Source of the DNA: an uncultured Verrucomicrobiae bacterium
Lineage (GTDB): Bacteria > Verrucomicrobiota > Verrucomicrobiia > Limisphaerales > UBA8199
Assembly: GCA_963822005.1 (NCBI GenBank)
Contig: CAWGGD010000044.1
Location: forward strand, 13,305 to 77,304
Reading direction: 5' to 3'
DNA: 64,000 nucleotides
Shown: positions 1 to 11,847 of the stretch, piece after piece
Layout: each line of letters starts with the position of its first letter
Numbering within the stretch: position 1 is the first letter of the stretch
Translations under genes and position numbers: made by a program
The notes under the pieces: model-generated
What the model was told of the DNA's origin: nothing
Databases searched by the model: none
Seen by the model: only the letters and a program-made list of their open reading frames with translations

Positions 1-1013
1 TCTATTTCAAGTTCTCGATGCCGCAGTTGACCGATACCCTGCCCACGGGCGCCGGCTGGGTGGTGGCGGTGCTGGCCACGGGTGTGCTGTTCTCGACCGT
101 CGCCGCCTATGGCTACCGGTTTGTCTCCCGCTTCGCCAACATCGCCGCGCCGTGGATGGTCTTGGTGTTTGTTGCCTTTGGCATCATCGGGCTGCGCGAG
201 ATGGGACTCAAGTCGGTCTGGAATTTCTGGCACATCGCCAGCACCGTGATCTGGACTGGTGGCGCGCCACAGCCCGGTCAGATCAAGTTCACCTTCTGGC
301 ACGTTATGTTCTTCGCCTGGTTCTGCAACATGGCCTGGCACATCGGTATGGCCGACCTCTCGGTGTTCCGCTATGCCCGCAAGTCCTGGTACGGCCTGGC
401 CTCGGCGGCGGGGATGTATATCGGGCATTTCATGGCATGGATCGCGGCGTCTGTGCTTTACGCCGTCCAACTTCACCAGGATCCGGCCAATACCGCCGTG
501 CTGCCCGGACCGCTGGCCTATCGCGCCTGCGGCGTGGCGGGACTGCTCGCCGTGGTCGCCGCCGGCTGGACAACGGCCAATCCGACCCTTTACCGGGCCG
601 GCCTGGCCTTTCAATCGTTGATCCCCACATCTTCCCGTTTCAAGGTCACGCTGATCACCGGCCTCATTGCCAGCGTGACCGCGGTGTTTCCCATCGTCAC
701 GATGCGGTTGCTGGGCTTCGTGGCGCTCTGGGGGATGATCCTGATGCCGATGGGCGCGGTGATCTTCATGGATTTCTGGGTGCTGCCGAAGCTGGGACTA
801 CGTTCCAACTTCGCCGCGGCTGCCGGGGTCCGGTTCAACTGGGCTGCCGGCCTGGCCTGGCTGCTGACGATTGCCGTCTGCACCGGGCTGGTGCTGACTG
901 GGCGCACCCAGATCTTCTTCGTCAGCCTGCCGGGCTGGTTTGTCACGTCCCTGCTCTACGTGGTTCTGAGCAAATGGCTGCAAGGCCCTGCTGTTCGGCG
1001 TGCGGCTGCTTGA
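1..1013 (+). CDS. Purine-cytosine permease/NCS1-like transporter, 5' truncated by window edge
   Basis: Long hydrophobic multi-TM ORF open from the window start; WFCNMAWHIGMADLSVFRYA and AGWTTANPTLYRAG segments typical of this family. Confidence 0.7.
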   Translation, partial: YFKFSMPQLTDTLPTGAGWVVAVLATGVLFSTVAAYGYRFVSRFANIAAPWMVLVFVAFGIIGLREMGLKSVWNFWHIASTVIWTGGAPQPGQIKFTFWHVMFFAWFCNMAWHIGMADLSVFRYARKSWYGLASAAGMYIGHFMAWIAASVLYAVQLHQDPANTAVLPGPLAYRACGVAGLLAVVAAGWTTANPTLYRAGLAFQSLIPTSSRFKVTLITGLIASVTAVFPIVTMRLLGFVALWGMILMPMGAVIFMDFWVLPKLGLRSNFAAAAGVRFNWAAGLAWLLTIAVCTGLVLTGRTQIFFVSLPGWFVTSLLYVVLSKWLQGPAVRRAAA

Positions 1014-1016
1014 GTC

Positions 1017-1193
1017 ATGAAACGAGTCGCTCAAATCATCTCTTACCTGGCGTTGGTGGCGACACTGCTGCCAGCGACGCTGTTCTTTGCTGATAAGATC
1101 GAGCTGCCCGCGGCCAAGCTCTGGATGCTGGTCGCCGCCCTGGCCTGGTTCGTCGCCACCCCCCTGTGGATGGAGCACAAGGCGACCGATTGA
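1017..1193 (+). CDS. Small two-TM membrane protein (58 aa, MKRVAQIISYLALVATLLP...WMEHKATD)
   Basis: ATG 3 nt after the permease stop; hydrophobic; below the ORF-track cutoff and read by hand. Confidence 0.6.
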   Translation: MKRVAQIISYLALVATLLPATLFFADKIELPAAKLWMLVAALAWFVATPLWMEHKATD

Positions 1194-1256
1194 GGCCGGG
1201 TGCGGCCAGAAATGGCTCGCCTGCCGCGGGGTTGTGGGCACAATGGTCGCCGGCGC

Positions 1257-1973
1257 ATGAAGGTGACGCTGTTCATACCGTGCTTCGTTGACCTGTTTTA
1301 TCCGCAGGTGGGCGCCGCCATGGTGCGCATCCTGGAGAAGCTGGGGCACACGGTGGTTTGCCCGGAAAGCCCCGCCTGCTGCGGGCAGCCGGCGTTTAAC
1401 ACCGGTTATTGGGAAGAAAGCCGCGACGTGGCGGTCAGGGTGCTGAAGTCGCTGCAAGGCGCGGAGGTGGTGGTGATTGCGAGTGGTTCCTGCGGGGCGA
1501 TGATGAAGGTGTTTTACCCGGAGCTGTTCGCGGGCACGAAGTACGAGGCGATGGCACGCGAGCTGGCGCCGAAGTGCTATGAGTTCTCCGCATTCCTCGT
1601 CAACAAACTGGGCGTGACCGACCTCGGAGCGCGCTTCCCCCACAAGGTGACGTTCCACGACGGCTGCCACGGCTTGCGCGAGCTGAACAACAAGCGCCCG
1701 CCGCGCGAACTGATGGCCAAGGTGCAGGGGCTGGAGCTGCTGGAGATGGGCGCGGCCGAAACGTGCTGCGGGTTCGGCGGCACCTTCTCGGCCAAGTTCC
1801 CCATGATCTCGACCGCGATGGGCGAGGTCAAATGCGCCAGCGCGCTCGATACCAGGGCCGAATACATCGTCTCCTGCGATTCGAGCTGCCTGATGCACCT
1901 CCAAGGCTTGATTGACCGGCAGCGCAAGCCGGTCAAGACCATTCACCTCGCCGAGGTGCTGGTCCAGTCATGA
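1257..1973 (+). CDS. lutA: Lactate utilisation protein A (CCG-domain Fe-S oxidoreductase)
   Basis: MKVTLFIPCFVD start; CCGQP, SGSC, HDGCHGLR, CCGFGGTF and D..CLMHL motifs. Confidence 0.9.
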   Translation: MKVTLFIPCFVDLFYPQVGAAMVRILEKLGHTVVCPESPACCGQPAFNTGYWEESRDVAVRVLKSLQGAEVVVIASGSCGAMMKVFYPELFAGTKYEAMARELAPKCYEFSAFLVNKLGVTDLGARFPHKVTFHDGCHGLRELNNKRPPRELMAKVQGLELLEMGAAETCCGFGGTFSAKFPMISTAMGEVKCASALDTRAEYIVSCDSSCLMHLQGLIDRQRKPVKTIHLAEVLVQS

Positions 1974-3369
1974 GCACGCCCGCCGCCCAGTTCAAGCAGG
2001 ACGCCCGCCGGCTCTCGGCCGACCTGCGCCATCGCCAGACCATCCAGACGGCGATGGGCAAATACGAGGTCGTGCGCGACCAGCGCAAGGCGGCCTTTCA
2101 GGATTGGCAGGGCGCGCGGCAGATGGCGGCGGAGACCAAGTGGGAGGCGGTCAACCATCTCGACCAGCATCTCGAACAGTTCGTCCAGAAGCTCGAAGGC
2201 GCGGGGCACCAAGGTCCACTGGGCCAGCACCGCCCAGCAGGCGCGCGACATCATCCTCGGCATCCTGCGTGCTAAGAACGCCCGCGTCATCGTGAAGTCC
2301 AAGGCGATGACCTCGGAGGAGATTCACCTCAACGAGGCGATGGAACAGGCCGGTTTCGAGGTGGTCGAGTCGGACCTGGGCGAGTTCATCGTGCAACTGC
2401 GCAAGGAACCGCCCTATCACATCGTGTTTCCGGCGATGCACCTGACCCGCGACGAAATCAGGGACGTGTTCCAGCGCAAGCTGGGCGACGCGCCGTCGAA
2501 CAACCCCGAGGAGCTGACCATGGTCGCCCGGCGGGTGTTGCGCGAGAAATACCTCCAGGCCGACGTGGGCATCACCGGCGCCAACTTCGCCATCGCCGAG
2601 ACCGGCATGCTGTCCATCACCGAAAACGAGGGCAACGCGCGCCTGACGGCGGCGCTGCCGCGGACAATGATCACGCTGGTCGGGATCGAGAAGGTGTTGC
2701 CGCGGCTGGAGGACCTGGCGCTGTTCCTGCCCATGCTGGCGGCGATGGGCACCGGCCAGACCGATCAGCTGCTACAACACCCTGTACGGCGGCCCGCGCC
2801 AGCCCGGCGAAGCCGGACGGCCCGGAGGAATACCACGTGGTGCTGCTCGACAACCACCGCACCGCCCTGCTGGCCGATGCCGAGCAGCGCGACGCGCTGC
2901 ACTGCATCCGTTGCGGCGCGTGCCTGAACGTCTGCCCGATCTTCCGCAACGTCGGCGGGCACACCTACGGCACGACCTACTGCGGGCCGATCGGGGCGGT
3001 CATCACGCCGCAACCTGCGCGGGCTGCAGCGAGTGGAAGCACCTCTCCTACGCCTCGTCGCTGTGCGGCGCCTGCACCGAGACCTGCCCGGTGAAGATCG
3101 ACCTGCACCATCACCTGCTGCAGAACCGGCGCAACGCGTCGCGGCAGAAGCCAAGCTGGTGGCAGAAGATCGCCTTCAAGGCCTTCGCGCCGATCGCCAC
3201 CAAACCGGTGCTGTGGTCGCTGGTCACGAAGCTGGGGCGCCTCGGGCAGAAGTTCCATGGGCTGGTCAGGGGCGGCCGGCTCGACCCGGCCTATGCCTGG
3301 ACGAAGACGCGCGACCTGCCGCCCATCGCCCGACAGACCTTCAAGGAATGGTGGAGAGCGCGCCCATGA
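1970..3369 (+). CDS. lutB: Lactate utilisation protein B (4Fe-4S), split by apparent frameshifts
   Basis: [39 protein letters not shown] and [14 protein letters not shown] spread over several frames; ATGA overlap with lutA. Confidence 0.85.
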
Positions 3370-4054
3370 GCGAACGCGACAACATCCTGGCCCGCATCCG
3401 CGAGGCGCTCACGGCCGCTGCCCCTGTGCCCGGCCAGACAACGACCGCCCAGCCGGCAGTGCGCCGGTCCGGCCGAGCGCTGCCGACCAGCGCCGAGTGT
3501 TGCCGACGGTGGGCCAATCCTTCGATGAGCGCCTGGCTTTGTTCCGGAAGAATGCCGCCGAACTCCGCGCCGACTTCCGGCTGCTCAAGGACCTGGATGC
3601 GCTCGCAGCGGAGTTGAAGCAGCTCGGCGCCGCGGAAGGCTGGCAGCGGGCGGCGTCGCATGACGGGGAACTGACCGGGGCAGCCTGCCGGGCGCTGGGT
3701 CTGCCGGTGCTGCTCGTTGACCAGGCGTTCGACAAGCGCGAACTGGCCGGGTGCGATGTGGGCATCAGCGAGTGCGACGCCCTGGTGGCCCAGACCGGTT
3801 CGGTGCTGGTAACGAGCCGCAGCGCGGGCGGGCGCGCGCTGTCGGTGTTGCCGCCGCATCACGTGGTGCTGGCGCGGCGCGAGCAGCTTGTGCCCGATTT
3901 GCCCGCCGCGTTTGCGCTGCTCAAGTCAAAGCACGGCGCAGCGTACCCGAGCATGATTTCGTTCATCACCGGCCCCAGCCGCACCGGCGACATCGAGCGC
4001 ATCCTCGTGCTGGGCGCGCACGGGCCGAAGAAGCTGACGATTCTTTGCTGCTAA
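3366..4054 (+). CDS. lutC: Lactate utilisation protein C (LUD domain), one apparent frameshift near 3430-3490
   Basis: [15 protein letters not shown] start overlapping the lutB stop; LVAQTGSV, GRALSVLPPHH, FITGPSRTGDIE..LVLGAHGP. Confidence 0.85.
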
Positions 4055-4476
4055 ATGCGCTTCTCGTCGGCGTCAATGAAGTCCACAAAGCTCTGGATAT
4101 CCTCGCGGTGCGCCAGCCCCGCCTGTTCCTTGCGGAGCTTGAGGCGCGCCTGCATTTCGGCATCGTCTTTCCTGGGATAGTTCAACATCCGCTCCCGGTG
4201 GGCGGCTTTGACCGCCTCCGGCTGTTTCACGTTCTGGCGGACCCAGTCGCAGACTTCGCCATCGGTGAGGCTGTGGCGCACCACCTCGAGGAACTGCTGG
4301 GCCTCGACCCCCGCGGTCTCCAGCCACAGGCCGTCAAAGCCCTTGCAGAAGTTGGGCTGGTAATCGGAGTGGAGTTTGCCCGCCAGGTGGAGGCGGACTT
4401 TGTCAATGAAGCGCGGCAGGTGCATCCAGCCGCACATCACTTCGCGCGGGCTCCGGGGATAAATGATATCACTCAT
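4051..4476 (-). CDS. DUF5069-like protein
   Basis: PRSPRE..GW.HLPRFIDK.R...AGKL..DY and C-terminal DFID.DE.R pattern. Confidence 0.7.
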   Translation of the reverse strand: MSDIIYPRSPREVMCGWMHLPRFIDKVRLHLAGKLHSDYQPNFCKGFDGLWLETAGVEAQQFLEVVRHSLTDGEVCDWVRQNVKQPEAVKAAHRERMLNYPRKDDAEMQARLKLRKEQAGLAHREDIQSFVDFIDADEKRI

Positions 4477-4541
4477 GCGCTGAATCATTGGCCCTCGGCC
4501 AACCCCTGTCAACCGCCGCGCGAAGCCCGTGCGAACCTCGA

Positions 4542-6398
4542 TCAGGGTGTCCGCCGCCAGCGCTGCCAGTCGGTTAGCACCAATTGTTCGGGCAGATAGC
4601 CGGCTGGCGATATTCTGAGTGGGAAATAAACGGGCACCTCCTTCCTCAACATCCTCTCCACGATGAAGCTCCCCCAGCTTTGTTCGCCGGCGCGAATCCA
4701 TTGGGTCAGGAACCGCGCATCCATGGTCTGCGGCGTCAGGTAGAGCAGATTGATCGGCTTCTGATAATCGTTGATGGCGAAGAAATTCTCACGGCTGTTC
4801 AGGTCCTTGGCGTCCCGCGAGCATTTGAGGGTGAGCCACACACATTGGCGCTGGCCATACCACGCCACGGCCCACGGGATGTCGCTCATGGCCATCTCTT
4901 CTTCCTTCAGCCAGCCGGCGACGTTCTGGATCGCGGGTGGGTAGTAGGGCGGGTAGACCACGGGAAGGGTCCTGGGCGGCAGGAAAACAAACAGCATCGG
5001 CAGGCAGGCGACCGCGCAGAAAATCCCGATGGCCAGGTAACGCAGTTGCAGGAACGGCATTTGAATCTGATCGAGCAGCAGGAAGAACAGGCTCACGCCA
5101 TAGACCAGCACCAGCGGCGCCAGCAGCACGAGCAGGTTCTCCGAGTTCAGCTCGGGTGAGTCCTCGGAAAGCTGGGTTCGGCCCAGCGCCTGGGCCAGGG
5201 CCAGCACCAGGCCGCAGCCCAGCAGGAAGTAGCGCAGGCGCGTGAGGGCGGGATTGCGAAACCCGACCAGCAGTCCGACCAGGAAGAACGCCGTGATCCA
5301 ACTACCGCCCAGCTTGGGCAGTTCACTCGTGACGATCTGGCGCAGGTTGTTGTTCAGTTTGAGCCAGAAAGGCCATCAGGTAGAGGCGGCTGAAGTCCGG
5401 CTCCAGCGAGCGTTGCAGGCGGTATTCGGGGTAAAGCAGGGTGTTCTCCACGATCGCATAGCCGGCCGTGCCGAAGGCTCGGCCGCTGACGCTGTAGTTG
5501 CGGACAATCCACGGCGCCATTACCGCCGCAAAGGCCGCGAGCGCGAGCAAAGTCAGCGCGATCCGCCGCTGCCCGCCAAACAGCAGCAGAAACACCAGCA
5601 CGGGAATAATCAGCCAGCCAAACGCATAGCGGGTCAGCCCGCCCAAGCCGACCATCGCGCCGGTCAGGGCGGCCAGAATCAGGATGCCGAACGGCCCCCA
5701 CTTGGGCGCGCGCGCCTCCGTCTTCCAGCAACACCACGCACCAGGCCAGGCCGAGAAAAATCAGCAGCAGCAGCATCGTGGACAGCCCCGACACGCTGAA
5801 CCGCCACAGCAGCTCCGTCCCCAGCATCAGACCCGCCGAAAGCCACGCCACCCCGGGATCGAACAGGCGCCGGGCCAGGAAGAAGACCAGCGCGATGGCC
5901 ACCATCAACAAGAACTGGTTAAACAGGGCGATGAGGAAATCGGGCTGGAAGCCGCCAGAACCGCCCTCAGCCGTCTGCTCCAGAACGGCCGTTTGGTGTC
6001 GAGATGTGTAATGGAACGGCAGCACTTTCATCAGTGCGGCCAGCGCCACGCGGATAGACCGGCGGGTTGGCCAGGTCGGGGTGCATCCCACGGATTTCGG
6101 CCAGGTCGGCGACTTTGCCGACTTCCGGCGGGCCCTGTTTCTCCAGGTTGTGCTGCTTTACCAGGAACATGCTGAAGGGGCGGACGAAGAGGGTGGTATA
6201 GCCTTTGCCTTGGGCGATATTGCGGGCCAGTTGCGCCGCGTCCATCGCTTCCGGCGTGGCCAGGTTCCGGTATGCGCGCCAGTTGTAGCCGACGATCAGC
6301 AGCACGACCCCCAGCGCGGCCAGGCCCACGCGGAAATAGCGCATGCCGCCGCCCACTTCAAGCTTGTGCAATACGTCCTGTAGAAACGGCAGGGGCAT
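4542..6398 (-). CDS. GT-C fold (PMT_2/family 39-like) membrane glycosyltransferase, frameshifted
   Basis: Start MPLPFLQDVLHKLE; EAMDAAQLARNIAQGKGYTT, PDLANPPVYP, multiple TM segments and MSDIPWAVAWYG across 4 ORF pieces. Confidence 0.7.
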
Positions 6399-6400
6399 GG

Positions 6401-7774
<1,374 letters not shown>

Positions 7775-7856
7775 GTCCCGGTCGGCTGCCACGGGCAGTT
7801 ACCAGCCGGCAGGATAAAGCAGGTCCCGGGGCTTAAACAACCGGCAAATTGCGCCG

Positions 7857-9348
7857 TGTCGTGTAACATTCAAAAGAGGAAAAGAGTGTGCGATCAAAAG
7901 CGGAAAGGTCAGAAGACGGGACAATGGAGCAGGACGATGGGTTTGGCGCTGGGGTCTGGGGCATGGCGGAGGTAGTAGATGTCACCATCCGGGCGCAGGC
8001 AACGAACGACCCTGGTACGGGGTGGCGCATCAATCGAGAGGCGCTGGGAGCCGACGGGCACTTTGCCGTCATCGCCGACGCAGACACGGCTGCGTTGACT
8101 CCAGACAAAGGGCCACCACGGGCAGTTGGGGACGGGACGGAGGACTGAGCGGTTTTGGGTGCGGGCTTGGTGACGTGCGGCTGCCGGAGTGGTGCCGAGT
8201 TCGCGGTGGATTTCATGCTGGTTGACGTGGGGCAGGAGTTGGTCGAGCAAACGGTTGGCGCCTTCGAGTTCCAAGATGCGGTCAGCCGCCCGGAGGGGCG
8301 GTAGGCGCTTTTGCCAGTAGTCATGGCGACGTTCGATTTTGCCCTTGGCTTGCGGGGTGGGGGCGAAGCGCAAGGCGACGCCGTAGAAGTGGAGCGCCGC
8401 CCCCAGTTGGGTGAAAGCGTCGGGGTTATGGGTGTAGAAGAAGGAGTGGTAGTCGACTAGAGGGCCAGGGGCAGGCCGTTGGCTTGGAAGGTGCGGGGCA
8501 GGAAATCGAAGTGGGAGAGCAGCGTTTCGCGGGCATAGAGGCGGGTGCCGGTGTTGTAGCGTGTGGCGTCGTCCAGGATGTCAAAGAGGTTTTGTTTACT
8601 GGGGTTGTCGGGCAGCCAGGGATGTGGGCTGACGTCGTATTGCCACAGAGCGCCCTCCTCGCAAGCTTGCCAGCGTTTGACCGGCTTGGGAGTAGGTTTG
8701 TAACGGGTGTCCGGAGCGAGGTGATTTTGAATGGCCCAGCGGCGAACGCTGGCACGATTGGTTTTGAAGTTGAGGCGGCGCAGCAGCTCGCTGGCGCAGG
8801 CACTGTAGGAGGAGGCTGGTTTGGAGGAAAGGAGCTTGGTGAGCAAGGCGGTAACTCCGGAGGGCCAGCCTGGGCGGTGGTCGCCGCCGGAGACCCGCGG
8901 GGACCAAGTTTGGGCCTGACCGGCAGCGCAGGCGTGCAGGTATTGGCTGTAGAGTTTGTAAAAGCGCGTGTGCGCCAAGCCCAGTTCGGCGGCAGCGGCT
9001 TTGGCGGAGAGTTGGCCGGCGCGGTGGTTGGCCAGCAGGTGACGGATGAACGGAGCGGGTAAACGTTTGCTTAACTGTAACTTTTCATGGCCGCCGAGGA
9101 TGCGAGAAGCGGATGGATTTTTCGCTTTGAAACTGACTCCGGCAGGAGGGCCGGCCCGGCGGCGCCCAAGCACCACCGAGCCTGCCGTATGTCAGACTTC
9201 AGACGGCGCTCAGGTTGCGTCCCCGCAGAGCCCTATCCTCCGCTGAAGCAAGTTGAAGCTAGGGGATAATGTCCAACTGGCAATGGGGCAGGAGCTTTAT
9301 TCCGCTTTTGATCGCACAGACCTTTCCGCTTTTGATCGCACCACGACA
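7857..9348 (-). mobile_element. Complete insertion sequence, IS1202 family (formerly ISNCY), 1492 bp
   Basis: Ends TGTCGTG...CACGACA; subterminal repeats GTGCGATCAAAAGCGGAA inverted between ends; exact 16-bp flanking direct repeat CCGGCAAATTGCGCCG at 7841-7856 and 9349-9364. Confidence 0.9.
7909..9088 (-). CDS. DDE (rve-type) transposase, two apparent single-base deletions (~9083, ~8458)
   Basis: N-terminal HTH; WQYDVSPHPW, ILDDATR, (Y)VDYHSFF and TPQAKGKIER motifs. Confidence 0.85.
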
Positions 9349-9399
9349 CCGGCAAATTGCGCCGCTGCCTGGGGGCACCCCCGCACACTGACTGCCACC

Positions 9400-9426
9400 G
9401 TAGCGCAGATTTGTAATCTGCGCTAC
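9400..9426. repeat. GTAG-type REP hairpin
   Basis: GTAGCGCAGATT-TGT-AATCTGCGCTAC perfect inverted repeat; same family as 11685-11770. Confidence 0.75.
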
Positions 9427-9473
9427 CACTATTGCCTGTTCCCCCCGCACTGGGTGGGCTAGCTTGCCCGCCA

Positions 9474-10127
9474 ATGGACCCAAGACTGCTGGTCAACGGG
9501 CTGATCCTCTATCTGGGGCTGCTCGTGCTGCTGACCTTCCACGAGTTCGGCCATGCCTGGATGGCCTGGAAGTGCGGCGACGACACCGCCCGCTCGCAAG
9601 GCCGCGTCTCCCTCAACCCCCTGGTCCACATTGACCCAATCGGGACCGTCATCCTCCCGCTGCTGCTGATTTTCACCGCGCCGGGCGGCTTCTTCGCCGG
9701 CTGGGCCAAGCCGGTGCCCGTTGACCCCGACAACCTGCGCAACCCGCGCACGGATGACATCATGATCACGCTGGCCGGGCCCTGGATGAACCTCCTCCTG
9801 GCCGTCGCCATCATGGCCTTGGCCCGCGTCGGCCATGCGATCCATGCCGGCGGCCTGATCGAAGTTTGCCTGAACCTCTCCCACCTGAGCCTCCTGCTGT
9901 GTTTCTTCAACCTGTTGCCGATCCCGCCCCTGGACGGCTCGCAGGTCGTCCGCAGCCTGATCGGCATGAGCTACGAAACCTACCATCAGATCGCCCGCTA
10001 CGGCATGTTCATCCTGATTCTCGTGCTGCAAATCCCCCTCGTCCAGCGCACGCTCTATACGCTCACCACCAACTCCTGGCTCACCATTGCCGACTGGTTC
10101 GGCATGCCCCTCTCAGGTAGTCTTTGA
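9474..10127 (+). CDS. Site-2 protease family (peptidase M50)
   Basis: HEFGH, AGPWMN and FNLLPIPPLDG motifs. Confidence 0.92.
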   Translation: MDPRLLVNGLILYLGLLVLLTFHEFGHAWMAWKCGDDTARSQGRVSLNPLVHIDPIGTVILPLLLIFTAPGGFFAGWAKPVPVDPDNLRNPRTDDIMITLAGPWMNLLLAVAIMALARVGHAIHAGGLIEVCLNLSHLSLLLCFFNLLPIPPLDGSQVVRSLIGMSYETYHQIARYGMFILILVLQIPLVQRTLYTLTTNSWLTIADWFGMPLSGSL

Positions 10128-10139
10128 CTCAAACCTCGT

Positions 10140-11667
10140 ATGAGAACACTTCTACTCGGCATTGACAGCGGCACGCAATCCACCAAGGTCCTCGTCGTGG
10201 ACGCGCGCGACGGCAAAGTCCTCGCCTCCGCGGCACAGGCGTATGACCTGATCCCCAACCTGCCGCCCGGCGCCAAAGAGCAGCACCCGCACACCTGGCG
10301 CGACGCCACCGCCGGCGCCATCCGCCGCGCCCTGCGCCAGGCCAAAGCCGTCGCCGCCGAAGTCAAAGCCATCGGCGTGAGCGGCCAGCAGCACGGCTTC
10401 GTTCCGCTCGACGAGGACGGGCGAGGTCATCCGCCCCGCCAAGCTCTGGTGCGACACCTCCACCGCCGCCGAGTGCGACGAGATCACTGAGAAGCTCGGC
10501 GGCCTCAAGCCAACCATCCGTGCGCTCGGCAACGCCGTCCTGCCGGGCTTCACCGCCTCCAAAATCCTCTGGCTCAAAAAGCATGAGCCAAAGAACTACC
10601 AGCGCCTGGCCACCGTGCTGCTGCCGCACGACTACCTCAACTTCTGGCTTACCGGCGAGAAGACGATGGAATACGGCGACGCCAGCGGCACCGCGCTGCT
10701 CGACGTGCGCAAACGCAAATGGTCGCGCGCCGTGCTGGACGCGATTGACCCCGACCTCGCCGGCAAACTGCCCCCGCTGCAGCGCAGCGACCAGCCCGCC
10801 GGCGCTTTGCAGGCCTCCACCGCCAGAATGCTCGATCTGAACCCCGGCGTGCTGGTCAGCGCCGGCGGCGGCGACAACATGATGGGCGCCATCGGCACCG
10901 GCAACACCCGCGCCGGCGTCATCACCGCCAGCTTCGGCACCAGCGGCACTATCTATGCCTGTGCTGAAAAACCCGTCGTTGACCCGCACGGCGAGATCGC
11001 CGCGTTCTGCGACTCGACCAACCGCTGGCTGCCGCTGCTCTGCACCATGAACGTTACCGTCGCCACCGAGATGGTGCGCGAGGATTTCGGCTGGTCGCAC
11101 GAGAAGTTCGCCGCCGAGGCCGCCCGCGTCCCCGCGGGCTCGCGCGGCCTGCTGCTGCTGCCGTATTTCGAAGGCGAGCGCACCCCGAACGTGCCGGACG
11201 GCACCGGCGTCTGGTTCGGCGTGAACCAGAAGACCTTCGAGGCCGGCCACTTCGCCCGCGCGGCGATGGAAGGCGTAACCCTGGGCATGAACTACGGCCT
11301 CCGCCGCCTGGCCGACTTGGGTGTCAAGCCCACTCAAATCCGCGCCACCGGCGGCGGCGCCAAGTCCAAAGTCTGGCGGCAGATCATGGCCGACGTCTTC
11401 AACGCGGAGGTCGTCACCCTGAAAGTCAGCGAAGGCGCCGCCTACGGCGCGGCGTTGCAGGCGCTCTGGTGCTGGCGCCTGCAGCAGGGCGAGAAGGTCG
11501 CCATCAGCGACCTCACCGACCGGTTTGTCGAGCTCAACGCCGGCGAACGGGCCGAGCCCAATCCCAAGAGCGTCGCGGTGTATGACGAGCTCCAGGCCAT
11601 CCAGGATGAAATGTCCAAGGCCCTCCGCGCCACCTTCAAACGCCACCGCCAGTTCCTCCTGCGCTAG
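10140..11667 (+). CDS. xylB: Xylulokinase (FGGY), one apparent frameshift near 10420
   Basis: GIDSGTQSTK, GVSGQQHG, LLPHDYLN, GGGDN, PYFEGERTP, TGGGAKS motifs. Confidence 0.88.
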
Positions 11668-11684
11668 GGTTCGCCTTCCGACGG

Positions 11685-11770
11685 CGTAGCGCAGATTTGC
11701 AATCGGCAGGGTGGCCGCAGCTCAGCAGGTTGCAAACCTGCGGTACAGCAGATTGCAAATCTGCGCTACG
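11685..11770. repeat. REP doublet (REPIN-like) between convergent genes
   Basis: CGTAGCGCAGATTTGCAATC ... GATTGCAAATCTGCGCTACG inverted arms with inner GCAGGTTGCAAACCTGC hairpin. Confidence 0.8.
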
Positions 11771-11847
11771 CTAAACAGAGACCCGAGGGGGAGAGGAATG
11801 GGGTGGGCGGCTCTTGCTCGAGCCCGGCGGAAAATCGGAATCTTCCT

